Source: Burkholderiales bacterium (GTDB lineage: Bacteria; Pseudomonadota; Gammaproteobacteria; Burkholderiales; SG8-41). Taken from it: DNA of 36,480 nt. Of this stretch, positions 26,720 to 35,106 are shown in pieces (within the stretch, counting starts at the first letter, position 1; every line of letters begins with the position of its first letter). Below the pieces are notes generated by a model. It was not told the DNA's origin. It did no database searches and saw only the letters and a list, made by a program, of their open reading frames with translations. The stretch lies in contig JBILYA010000001.1 of assembly GCA_044378065.1 (NCBI GenBank), forward strand, positions 1-36,480, read 5' to 3'. Made by a program: the position numbers and the translations under genes.

Positions 26720-27685
26720 ATGAGAATACTGTCGCGCACACTCGTCGCACTGCTGCTCGCCGTCTGTGCGGGCGGTGTTTACGCGCAAGCCTGGCCGTCC
26801 AAACCGATCCGCTTTGTCGTTCCTTATCCGCCCGGCGGCAGCAATGATGTGCTGACACGCATCACCGCGCAGGCGATGGCCCCGGGCCTCGGTCAGCAGA
26901 TCGTCATCGACAATCGCGGCGGTGCCGGCGGCATGATCGGCGCCGATCACGTCGCGAAGTCGGCACCCGACGGCTACACCATCGTCAACGTGCAGGCGTC
27001 GTTCACCGCCAATGCCGCATTGCGCCAGAAAATGGCCTACGACCCGATGGCTGACTTCGCCTATATCGGCATGATGGCGCGCGGCCCCCTGCTTGCCGTG
27101 GTCCATCCCTCGCTGCCGGTGAAAAACATCCGCGAACTGATCGCGCTGGCCAAGGCCAAGCCCGGCCAGATCAACTACGGCTCGACCGGTACGGGCGGCC
27201 ACAATCACATGGCCACTGAACTGTTCAAGCGCATGGCCAATATCAATATCGTGCATGTGCCTTACAAAGGCGTTGCCCCTGCGTTGACCGATCTGATGGG
27301 CGGCCATACGCAAATGGTGATGACCAGTCTGCCCTCGGCGATGACATCGGTGCAGGCCGGACGCCTGAAAGCGCTCGCCGTCGGCAGTGAAACTCGTTCC
27401 GGATTCATGCCGGAACTGCCAACCATCGCCGAATCCGGCGTGCCCGGTTACATGGCTGAATTCTGGTGGGGCCTCGCCGCACCGGCAAAAACGCCGAATG
27501 ACATCATCAACCGCCTCGCCACCGAGCTGACCAGGGCCCTGCAGTCCCCGGACCTGAAACAGAAGTTCGCCGGCGAAGGCTCCGAACCCAGCGTAATGTC
27601 GCGCGAACAGTTCACCAAATTCGTCAATAACGAGATCGTGCGCTGGCGCAAAGTTGCGCAGGACTCCAATATCAAGCCGGAGTAA
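26720..27685 (+). CDS. Bug-family (TctC-like) tripartite tricarboxylate transporter substrate-binding protein, copy 1
   Basis: 321 aa with a signal peptide (LVALLLAVCAGGVYAQA) and Bug hallmarks: WPSKPIRFVVPYPPGGSNDV, DNRGGAGG, HVPYKG. The SD GAGGAGAG lies upstream. Confidence 0.9.
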   Translation: MRILSRTLVALLLAVCAGGVYAQAWPSKPIRFVVPYPPGGSNDVLTRITAQAMAPGLGQQIVIDNRGGAGGMIGADHVAKSAPDGYTIVNVQASFTANAALRQKMAYDPMADFAYIGMMARGPLLAVVHPSLPVKNIRELIALAKAKPGQINYGSTGTGGHNHMATELFKRMANINIVHVPYKGVAPALTDLMGGHTQMVMTSLPSAMTSVQAGRLKALAVGSETRSGFMPELPTIAESGVPGYMAEFWWGLAAPAKTPNDIINRLATELTRALQSPDLKQKFAGEGSEPSVMSREQFTKFVNNEIVRWRKVAQDSNIKPE

Positions 27686-27755
27686 TTGATGCTGGCCGGT
27701 CGCAGACCGGCCTCCGCAGCGTGCTTGCAGCAACCCTTTCCGCTCAGGAGAGCCC

Positions 27756-28742
27756 ATGATCCGCCGCCCCGTTTTGCCTGTCGCACTGTCCCTGCTGTCA
27801 GCCGCCGTACTGATCGCCTGCGCGATGCCCGCTTCAGCACAGCAAAGCTATCCTTCCAAAACCATCCGCTTCCTCGTCGGCGCGCCGCCCGGCGGCAGCA
27901 ATGATCTTTTTGCACGCGCCATCGGCCAGCAGATGCAGCCGGCGATCGGGCAGCAGGTCATCGTCGATAACCGCCCCGGCGCGAACCAGATGATCGCCGC
28001 CGAGATCATGGCCAAATCGCCGCCGGACGGACACACGATCTACATCACCTCGACCTCGTTCACTACCGGTGCGGCGCTGCAGCCCAAACTACCCTTTGAT
28101 CCGGTCGCCGACGTCGCCGGCGTGACCATGGTCGGCCAGGGCCCACTGGTGTATGTGATCCATCCCTCACTGCCGGCCAAAAACATGAAAGAGCTGATCA
28201 CCATCGCCCGCGCCAAACCGGGTCAGCTCAATTTCACCTCGTCGGGCATCGGCGGCATCAACCACCTCGGCACCGAGGTGCTGTTGTCGATGGCGAAAAT
28301 CAACATGGTCCATGTGCCGCACAAGGGCATGTCGCCGGCGCTGACCGACCTGATGAGCGGTCAGGTGCAGGTGCTGCTGGTCAGTCTGCCTTCAGTGACC
28401 GGCCAGATGAAATCGGGACGCCTGCGCGCACTCGCGGTCAGCACCGCGAAGCGCACCGCGTTCATGCCGGAACTGCCGACGGTCGCCGAATCGGGCATAC
28501 CGGGTTATGACGTGTCGCTGTGGTGGGGCGTATTTGCCCCGGCGAAAACGCCGAAGCCGGTGATGGACCGCCTCAACACTGAGATCCATAAAGCCATGTC
28601 CTCGGAGGTGATGAAGCGACATTTCGCCGAGTTCGGCGCCGAAGCCGCACCGATGACACCGGATGCGTTCAGCGCGAAAGTTAAAACCGAGATCGACAAC
28701 TGGCGCAAAGTAATCCAGGCCGCCAACATCAAGGCCGAGTGA
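27756..28742 (+). CDS. Bug-family (TctC-like) substrate-binding protein, copy 2
   Basis: 328 aa with a signal peptide and the motifs YPSKTIRFLVGAPPGGSNDL, DNRPGAN and HVPHKG. It is roughly half identical to copy 1 by eye. SD CAGGAGAG. Confidence 0.9.
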   Translation: MIRRPVLPVALSLLSAAVLIACAMPASAQQSYPSKTIRFLVGAPPGGSNDLFARAIGQQMQPAIGQQVIVDNRPGANQMIAAEIMAKSPPDGHTIYITSTSFTTGAALQPKLPFDPVADVAGVTMVGQGPLVYVIHPSLPAKNMKELITIARAKPGQLNFTSSGIGGINHLGTEVLLSMAKINMVHVPHKGMSPALTDLMSGQVQVLLVSLPSVTGQMKSGRLRALAVSTAKRTAFMPELPTVAESGIPGYDVSLWWGVFAPAKTPKPVMDRLNTEIHKAMSSEVMKRHFAEFGAEAAPMTPDAFSAKVKTEIDNWRKVIQAANIKAE

Positions 28743-29992
28743 TGGCGACGCTCCCTCGCAGAAATTACCAGCCCGGCGCGAAAGGCACGCTGAACAGTGT
28801 GCGCGTGCTCGATCTGTCCCGACTGGTCGCCGGCAACATGCTGACGCAGTTCCTCGCCGACTTCGGTGCAGAAGTGATCAAGGTTGAACCGCCCGCCGGC
28901 GACACGCTGCGCGCCTGGAAAACCAAAGACGTCCAGATCAACTGGAAAATCTACGCCCGCAGCAAAAAAAGTCTGGGACTGGAACTGCGCAAAACCGAAG
29001 CGCGCGAGCTGCTGAAAAAGCTGATTCCGTCGGCACAGATCTTCATCGAGAGTTTCCGCCCCGGCACACTGGAAAAAATGGGCCTCGGCCCGAAAGAACT
29101 GCTGAAGCTGAATCCGCAACTGGTGATCGTGCGCATCTCCGGCTGGGGCCAGGAAGGCCCTTACAGCAAACGCCCAGGTTTCGGCACCTTGGTCGAAGGC
29201 ATGTCGGGCTTCGCCTCATTCAACGGATTTGCCGACCGCGAACCGGTACTGCCGCCGATGTATCTCGCCGACACCGTGGCCGGGCTTTACGGTGCAGCGG
29301 CAGTGATGACGGCCTTGCGTGAAGTCGAAGTCAACAAGGGCAAAGGTCAGATCATCGACCTGCCGCTGCTCGATCCGATGTTTGCGGTGCTCGGACCGCA
29401 GGCGGCCAACTTCCGGCTCACCGGCAAGGTGAAGCCGCGCACCGGCAGCCGCTCGACCAATGCCGGACCGCGCAATGCATACAAATGCAAGGATGGCCTG
29501 TTTGTCTGCCTGTCGTCATCGACGCAGAAAATGGCCGAGCGGCTGTTCCGCTCGATCGGCCACCCCGAATTCATCACCGATCCGCGTTACGCCACCAATG
29601 CCGAACGCGTGAAACATGCCGAAGAGCTCGATGCGGTGATCGGCGCTTTCATCGCGCAGCGCACGCAGGCCGAGAACGTCACCTTTTTTGAACAAGCGGA
29701 AGTCACCATCGGTCCGATCTACGACATCCGGCAGATTTTTGAAGACCCGCATTTCCTCGCACGCGAACTGCTTGCCGATTACCCCGACAACGACATGGAC
29801 AGCTTCCCGATGCACCATGTCGTGCCGCGCCTGTCGGGCACGCCGGGATCGATCCGCACTCCGGCGCCGCAACTGGGCGAGCATAACCTCGACCTCTTGC
29901 GCGAAGCGGGTGTCGATGACGAGGCTTATGCCAAACTGCTGGCCGCAGGCATCGCCTGCGCCGGCGATGCCGCCAAACCGGAAGAAGAATAA
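28742..29992 (+). CDS. family III (CaiB/BaiF/Frc-type) acyl-CoA transferase, copy 1
   Basis: 416 aa with the N-terminal signature VRVLDLSRLVAGNMLTQFLADFGAEVIKVEPPAGD. ATG 28742 overlaps the Bug2 stop (TGATG). Confidence 0.9.
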   Translation: MATLPRRNYQPGAKGTLNSVRVLDLSRLVAGNMLTQFLADFGAEVIKVEPPAGDTLRAWKTKDVQINWKIYARSKKSLGLELRKTEARELLKKLIPSAQIFIESFRPGTLEKMGLGPKELLKLNPQLVIVRISGWGQEGPYSKRPGFGTLVEGMSGFASFNGFADREPVLPPMYLADTVAGLYGAAAVMTALREVEVNKGKGQIIDLPLLDPMFAVLGPQAANFRLTGKVKPRTGSRSTNAGPRNAYKCKDGLFVCLSSSTQKMAERLFRSIGHPEFITDPRYATNAERVKHAEELDAVIGAFIAQRTQAENVTFFEQAEVTIGPIYDIRQIFEDPHFLARELLADYPDNDMDSFPMHHVVPRLSGTPGSIRTPAPQLGEHNLDLLREAGVDDEAYAKLLAAGIACAGDAAKPEEE

Positions 29993-30001
29993 ACAAATAA
30001 T

Positions 30002-30028
30002 AAAAAAATGCAGCCCGGCTGCAGTTTT
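30002..30028 (+). terminator. weak intrinsic terminator after CoA-transferase 1
   Basis: AAAAAAA-TGCAGC-ccg-GCTGCA-GTTTT forms a 6-bp stem with a 3-nt loop. An AT-rich stretch follows up to 30093. Confidence 0.4.
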
Positions 30029-30093
30029 GCCGAACTTGAATTTTTTTGTCCTTACTACTTTTGTATTTTTTTGATCACTGCGAAGGATGCCCC

Positions 30094-31002
30094 ATGTATC
30101 GTGAACTCCCCGTCTGGCGCTCGTTGATGTACGTCCCGGTCAACGTTGAAAAATTCGTCGACAAGGCCCACACCCGCGGCGCCGACGTGATCCAGCTCGA
30201 CATCGAAGACAGTGTGCCGCCGGCGGAAAAAGCCAATGCGCGCAAGCTGGTCGAGAAAAATGCGGCGCGCGTCAAACGCGGTGGCGCCGACGTCGTGGTG
30301 CGCATCAATCAGCCGCTGTCGCTCGCGGTGCGCGACATCGAAGAATCGATCTGCCCTGACGTCAACGGCATTGCCATCACCAAGGTGTCCGGCGTATCGC
30401 ATGTGCAGCTGCTCGACGAGTTGGTCAGCGAACTCGAACAGAAACGCGGCATGACCGTCGGCCACACCAAATTCATCGGCATGATCGAAACCCCGGAAGC
30501 GTTTTTCAAGATCCGCGAAATCACCACGGCGAGCAGCCGCATGGTCGCCTGCAATATCGGCGGCGAAGACTTCGCGCTGAACTGCAATATGCAGCCCACC
30601 GGCGAAGCGCTGTTCTACCCCAAGCAGCACATGGTCATCGCCGCCAATGCTGCGGGCATGATGCCGCTGGGTTTCATCGACAGCGTCGCCACCTTCGGCG
30701 ACTGGGAAAACTTCCGCAAGATGGTGCGCCGTTCGCGCGATTTCGGTTTCATGGGCGCGGGCTGCATCCATCCCGGTCAGGTCACCATCGTCAACGAGGA
30801 ATACAAACCGAGCACTGCCGAAGTGGAATACGCGCGCAAGGTCATCGCGCTGGATAAGGAAGCAGCCGCTGCGGGCCGCGGTTCGTTCGCGCTCGACGGC
30901 AAGATGATCGACATTCCGATCATCGTCCGCGCTGAACGCCTGCTCAAACGCTTTGAAGCCATCACGGCGCGCGAAGCGCAGACACTTGCGGCGATGAAGT
31001 AA
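30094..31002 (+). CDS. HpcH/HpaI aldolase / citrate lyase beta (CitE)-like acyl-CoA lyase (citramalyl-/malyl-CoA lyase type)
   Basis: 302 aa counted from ATG 30094, with the SD GAAGGA 6 nt upstream. It has the family pattern RSLMYVPVNVEKFVDKAHTRGADVIQLDIEDSV and later EDF and DGKMID motifs. Confidence 0.85.
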   Translation: MYRELPVWRSLMYVPVNVEKFVDKAHTRGADVIQLDIEDSVPPAEKANARKLVEKNAARVKRGGADVVVRINQPLSLAVRDIEESICPDVNGIAITKVSGVSHVQLLDELVSELEQKRGMTVGHTKFIGMIETPEAFFKIREITTASSRMVACNIGGEDFALNCNMQPTGEALFYPKQHMVIAANAAGMMPLGFIDSVATFGDWENFRKMVRRSRDFGFMGAGCIHPGQVTIVNEEYKPSTAEVEYARKVIALDKEAAAAGRGSFALDGKMIDIPIIVRAERLLKRFEAITAREAQTLAAMK

Positions 31003-31015
31003 GACTTTGCGGCCA

Positions 31016-31040
31016 CCGTGCGGGGCTCAACCCCGCACGG
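31016..31040 (+). terminator. strong GC hairpin between the lyase gene and Bug3 (attenuator, terminator or RNA-stabilising element)
   Basis: CCGTGCGGGG-ctcaa-CCCCGCACGG forms a perfect 10-bp stem, 13 nt after the lyase stop. The downstream tract CGATTCTCTTTC is only partly U-rich. Confidence 0.35.
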
Positions 31041-31115
31041 CGATTCTCTTTCAGCAGCACCTCGGCTAGGATGTGGCGTCGCGATGGCAATCCGCCATAT
31101 GCACGTGGAGGGGTT

Positions 31116-32087
31116 ATGAAAAATATTATTAAAATCAATGGTTTATTGTTTTCTGCGCTGATGCTCACGGCGCTGCCGGTGTATGCACAAACCGTGGCGA
31201 AATTTCCGGTCAAGCCGGTACGCATCATCGTCGCTTTCCCGCCGGGCAGTTCGACCGACATCGTCGCCCGTGTTGTCGGCGAACGCCTGACCGAAATCTG
31301 GGGCCACAACGTCATTGTTGAAAACCGTCCCGGGGCTTCGGGCAACATCGGCACCCAGGTCGCATTGCGCGCCAACCCCGACGGCCACACGCTGCTGATG
31401 AACAGTTCGGCAATTGCGGTCAACGTCAGCCTGTATTCAAAACCCGGTTATGCAATGAAGGACCTTGCGCCCATCCTGCAGGGCCCGACGACGCCCAACC
31501 TGATCACCGTCCATCCGTCGGTGAAAGCGAAAACGCTGCAGGAACTGATCGCGCTGGCGAAGACGACGCCGTTGAGCTACGGCTCTTCGGGCACCGGCAC
31601 CACGCCGCACCTCGATATGGAACTGCTGTTCAAGTCGCTGGCGAAAGTCGATATCACCCACGTGCCGTACAACCCGGCAGCGGCTGCCACCGCTGTGGTC
31701 GCCAACCAGGTGCCGGTGGGCTCGACGTCGATGCCGCCGGCCGTGCCCCATGTCAAAAGCGGCCGCCTGCGCGCCATTGCAGTGACCTCGGCGAAACGTT
31801 CAGGCGTGCTGCCGGATGTGCCGACGGTGGCTGAATCGGGTTTTCCGGGCTTTGATGACGGCACCTGGTTCTCGGTATTCGCACCAGCCGGGATTTCTGC
31901 CGCCGTGGTCAATCAGGTCAATCGCGACTTCAGCACGGCACTGCAGTCACCGGCGGCGAAAGAACGCCTGGCCGCGCTGTCGCTGGAATTCACACCGAAC
32001 ACGGCCGCTGAATTTGCCGCCCGCCTGAAAACAGAAGTCGACAAATACGCGCAGATCGTCAAGCAGTCCGGCGCACGGGTGGATTGA
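31116..32087 (+). CDS. Bug-family (TctC-like) substrate-binding protein, copy 3
   Basis: 323 aa counted from ATG 31116, with the SD GGAGGGG upstream. It has a signal peptide (LLFSALMLTALPVYAQ) and the motifs FPVKPVRIIVAFPPGSSTDI, ENRPGASG and HVPYNP. Confidence 0.9.
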   Translation: MKNIIKINGLLFSALMLTALPVYAQTVAKFPVKPVRIIVAFPPGSSTDIVARVVGERLTEIWGHNVIVENRPGASGNIGTQVALRANPDGHTLLMNSSAIAVNVSLYSKPGYAMKDLAPILQGPTTPNLITVHPSVKAKTLQELIALAKTTPLSYGSSGTGTTPHLDMELLFKSLAKVDITHVPYNPAAAATAVVANQVPVGSTSMPPAVPHVKSGRLRAIAVTSAKRSGVLPDVPTVAESGFPGFDDGTWFSVFAPAGISAAVVNQVNRDFSTALQSPAAKERLAALSLEFTPNTAAEFAARLKTEVDKYAQIVKQSGARVD

Positions 32088-32094
32088 CCGGCTC

Positions 32095-32946
32095 ATGCGC
32101 AACGTCAGTGAATCCAGCATCACGCAGGCAGTCGTCGCTTCTTTCGATGGCGCCACGGATCCGCGCTTTCGCCGGATCATTGAAAGCCTGACGCGCCACC
32201 TGCACGCCTTCGCACGCGAGGTTGACCTGACGCCGGAAGAATGGAAGGCCGGTATTGATTTTCTCTACCGCGCCGGACAGATTTCGGATGAAAAGCGCAA
32301 CGAATTCATCCTGACATCCGACGTGCTCGGCCTGTCCTCGCTGGTCGACATGCTGCAGAGCGACGCCGGCGCCACCGAACGCAGTGCATTGGGGCCTTTT
32401 CATTCCGAGGGTTCTCCGGCGCTCGCGGTGGGCGGTGATCTCAAGCAGGACAACGATGGCGAACCGCTGCTGGTACACGGCCGCGTGCTGGATGAAGACG
32501 GCAAGCCGGTTGCCGGCGCACAGCTCGATTTCTGGCAGGCCGCTGTCAACGGCAAATACTGGCAACAGGACCCGGCACAGGATCCGCACAACCTGCGTTT
32601 CCGCATGACCACCGGCGACGATGGCGTGTATGCGTTCACCACCGTGCAGCCCGCCCCGTACAGCGTGCCCTATGACGGTCCGGTCGGCGATCTGCTTCGC
32701 GCCGGCGGCCGCCACGCCTGGCGCCCGGCGCATTTTCATTTCATTGTCGGCGCACCTGGTTTCCGCCCGCTGACCACCGAGGTGTTTTTCTCCGGCGATC
32801 CCTATCTCGACAGCGACGCCATCTTCGGCGTTCGCGAGTCGCTGGTGGTCACGGTCGCCCCCAATACGGATGCAGCACTGGCGAAACGCTACAACCTGGC
32901 GTCGCCTTTTCTCAACGTGGCCTTCGACTTCCGCCTGGGCCGCTGA
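32095..32946 (+). CDS. intradiol ring-cleavage dioxygenase (catechol / hydroxyquinol 1,2-dioxygenase family)
   Basis: 283 aa. The N-terminal helical dimerisation segment is DPRFRRIIESLTRHLHAFAREVDLTPEEWKAGIDFL. The core has GPFH, LLVHGRVLDEDGKPVAGAQLDFWQA, GVYAFTTVQPAPYSVP and the Fe-ligand motif GRHAWRPAHFHF. Confidence 0.85.
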   Translation: MRNVSESSITQAVVASFDGATDPRFRRIIESLTRHLHAFAREVDLTPEEWKAGIDFLYRAGQISDEKRNEFILTSDVLGLSSLVDMLQSDAGATERSALGPFHSEGSPALAVGGDLKQDNDGEPLLVHGRVLDEDGKPVAGAQLDFWQAAVNGKYWQQDPAQDPHNLRFRMTTGDDGVYAFTTVQPAPYSVPYDGPVGDLLRAGGRHAWRPAHFHFIVGAPGFRPLTTEVFFSGDPYLDSDAIFGVRESLVVTVAPNTDAALAKRYNLASPFLNVAFDFRLGR

Positions 32947-33013
32947 ATCCGCACCGCGGGCACGCGGTGCCGTAAAATTGCAAATTCTCCTGTAACAACG
33001 AGGTTAGTGACGC

Positions 33014-33865
33014 ATGTCTGCAGAACTGGAATCCCTGAAGGAATGGATCGGCCGCACCGAAACCGCGATTGATTATGTGACCGTCCCCGCCGTCAACCGT
33101 CTGTCAGCGACCCTTGATCGCGACGATGCCTTCCCGAAAATGGGCGATCCGCTGCCGGTCGGCTGGCATTCCACCCTGTTCCCGCGCGTGGTACGCCATT
33201 CGCAGATCGGTCCCGACGGGCATCCGGCTCGCGGCGACTTCCTGCCGCCGGTACCGCTGCCGCGGCGCATGTTCGCCGGCAAGCGCACGACCTTCATCGC
33301 GCCGCTGCATATCGGCGACGAAGTGCACCGCCTGTCGACCATCCAGAACGTCACCATCAAGGACGGACGCAGCGGGCGCATGGTCTTCGTCACCGTGAAG
33401 ACCGACATCAAAAACGCCAAGGGCGTGGCGATCAGCGAGGAGCAGGACATCGTCTACCGCGGCGAGCCTGACAAGAATGCACCGCCGCCCCCGCCACAGC
33501 CCGCGCCGGGCAAGGCGGTGTGGCAGCACCAGGTCACGCCCGATCCGGTAATGCTATTCCGTTATTCCGCACTGACCTTCAACGGCCACCGCATTCATTA
33601 CGACCATCCTTATGTCACCGGCGTCGAGGGATATCCCAACCTGGTGATGAACGGCGGACTGACCACACTGCTGGTGTACGAACTGGCGCGCACCCATGCA
33701 TCGACACCGATCAGGTTCATGTCCTCGCGCAATGTGCGCGCCCTGTTCGTTGGCCGCACCATCACGCTTTGCGGTGAACCGTCGGCAGACAACAAGACGG
33801 CGAAGCTGTGGGCGCAGGATGACACCGGCGCGCTGGCGCTGACTGCCGAAGCGGAGTTCATCTAA
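33014..33865 (+). CDS. double-hotdog MaoC-like / FAS1-like (R)-specific enoyl-CoA hydratase-dehydratase family protein
   Basis: 283 aa in two halves joined by a Pro-rich linker (NAPPPPPQPAPG). The C-terminal half has FRYSALTFNGHRIHYD and NLVMNGGL, typical of MaoC/HTD2-type hydratases. Its size and architecture resemble itaconyl-/mesaconyl-CoA hydratases. Confidence 0.7.
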   Translation: MSAELESLKEWIGRTETAIDYVTVPAVNRLSATLDRDDAFPKMGDPLPVGWHSTLFPRVVRHSQIGPDGHPARGDFLPPVPLPRRMFAGKRTTFIAPLHIGDEVHRLSTIQNVTIKDGRSGRMVFVTVKTDIKNAKGVAISEEQDIVYRGEPDKNAPPPPPQPAPGKAVWQHQVTPDPVMLFRYSALTFNGHRIHYDHPYVTGVEGYPNLVMNGGLTTLLVYELARTHASTPIRFMSSRNVRALFVGRTITLCGEPSADNKTAKLWAQDDTGALALTAEAEFI

Positions 33866-35079
33866 TGGCCGGCGGTCCTCTCGAGGGAGTACGTATTGTC
33901 GACCTGACATCAGTCGTGGTCGGTCCGCTCGCGACGCAGATCCTCGCCGACCACGGTGCGGAAGTGATCAAGGTCGAAACCAAAAGCGGCGACCTGATCC
34001 GCCACATGAACGGCAAGTCGGTAACGCCGGGCATGGGCGCGAAATTCCTGCACCTCAATCGCAACAAGCGCTCGCTGGTGCTCGATCTGAAAAATCCCGC
34101 CGGTCACGCCGCGCTGATGAAGCTGATCGAAAAAGCCGACGTGCTGGTGTGGAACGTGCGGCCACCGGCGATGGCGCGACTCAAGCTGTCGTATGAGGAT
34201 GTGCGCAAGGTCAATCCCGGCATCATTTACTGCGGCATGTTCGGCTTCGGCCAGGATGGCCGTTATCGCGAGAAACCCGCTTACGACACCATCATCCAGG
34301 GTTCCGGCGGCATGGCGGCGCTGCATCACCGTGCGATGGGTGAACCGCGCTTCGTACCGATGGTGGTCGCCGACAAGACGGTCGGTCTGATTGCGGTGCA
34401 GATGATTGCGATGGCGCTGTACCGCAAGGCCAAAACCGGCGAAGGCTGCTCGATCGAGATTCCGATGTTCGAGAATCTGGTCAAGTTCGTGCTCGAAGAA
34501 CATATGTACCTGAAAACCTTCGACCCGCCGCTCGGTGAAACCGGTGATCCGCGCCTGCTGGATCCGCTGGGTAAGCCGATTCCGACCAAGGACAGCTATA
34601 TCTGCATCTCCGCCAACACCAATGATCAGGCCTTCGGCTTTTTTGATGTCATCGGCCGGCCGGAATTAAAAACCGATCCGCGCTTCAGCAGCGTACAGGC
34701 GCGTTTCGCCAATGTTGCCGCCTATTTCGAAGTGCGCATGGCTGCGCTGAAAAGCAAAACCACTGCAGAGTGGCTGGAACTGTTTGATGCGGCAGACGTG
34801 CCGGCGATGCCCTATCACACGCTCGACAGCGTGCTCGAAGATCCGCATCTGAAGGAAATCGGATTCTTCGAGATGAAAGACCATCCGACCGAAGGCCGCA
34901 CACGCAATATGCGACTGCCGAACAAATGGTCCTGTGGCGTGCGCGAAGGCTGGAATCCGGCGCCGAAACTCGGTGAGCAGAGCGTCGAGATTCTGCGTGA
35001 AGCCGGATTGTCCGAAGCCGAAATCCAGGCACTGCTCGATACCGGTGCCACCACCGACGGACGCATTAAAAAGACCTAA
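33865..35079 (+). CDS. family III (CaiB/BaiF/Frc-type) acyl-CoA transferase, copy 2
   Basis: 404 aa with the signature VRIVDLTSVVVGPLATQILADHGAEVIKVETKSGD. ATG 33865 overlaps the hydratase stop (TAATG). Confidence 0.9.
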   Translation: MAGGPLEGVRIVDLTSVVVGPLATQILADHGAEVIKVETKSGDLIRHMNGKSVTPGMGAKFLHLNRNKRSLVLDLKNPAGHAALMKLIEKADVLVWNVRPPAMARLKLSYEDVRKVNPGIIYCGMFGFGQDGRYREKPAYDTIIQGSGGMAALHHRAMGEPRFVPMVVADKTVGLIAVQMIAMALYRKAKTGEGCSIEIPMFENLVKFVLEEHMYLKTFDPPLGETGDPRLLDPLGKPIPTKDSYICISANTNDQAFGFFDVIGRPELKTDPRFSSVQARFANVAAYFEVRMAALKSKTTAEWLELFDAADVPAMPYHTLDSVLEDPHLKEIGFFEMKDHPTEGRTRNMRLPNKWSCGVREGWNPAPKLGEQSVEILREAGLSEAEIQALLDTGATTDGRIKKT

Positions 35080-35106
35080 AAGCCCCGCGGGGCGAAGGAG
35101 AAATAA

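Noticed and set aside
35082-35093. GCCCCGCGGGGC palindrome after CoA-transferase 2, considered as a possible terminator
   Set aside because: Only about 4 bp of stem are possible once a loop is allowed, and there is no U-tract. The Bug4 SD follows immediately, so read-through or co-transcription is more likely.
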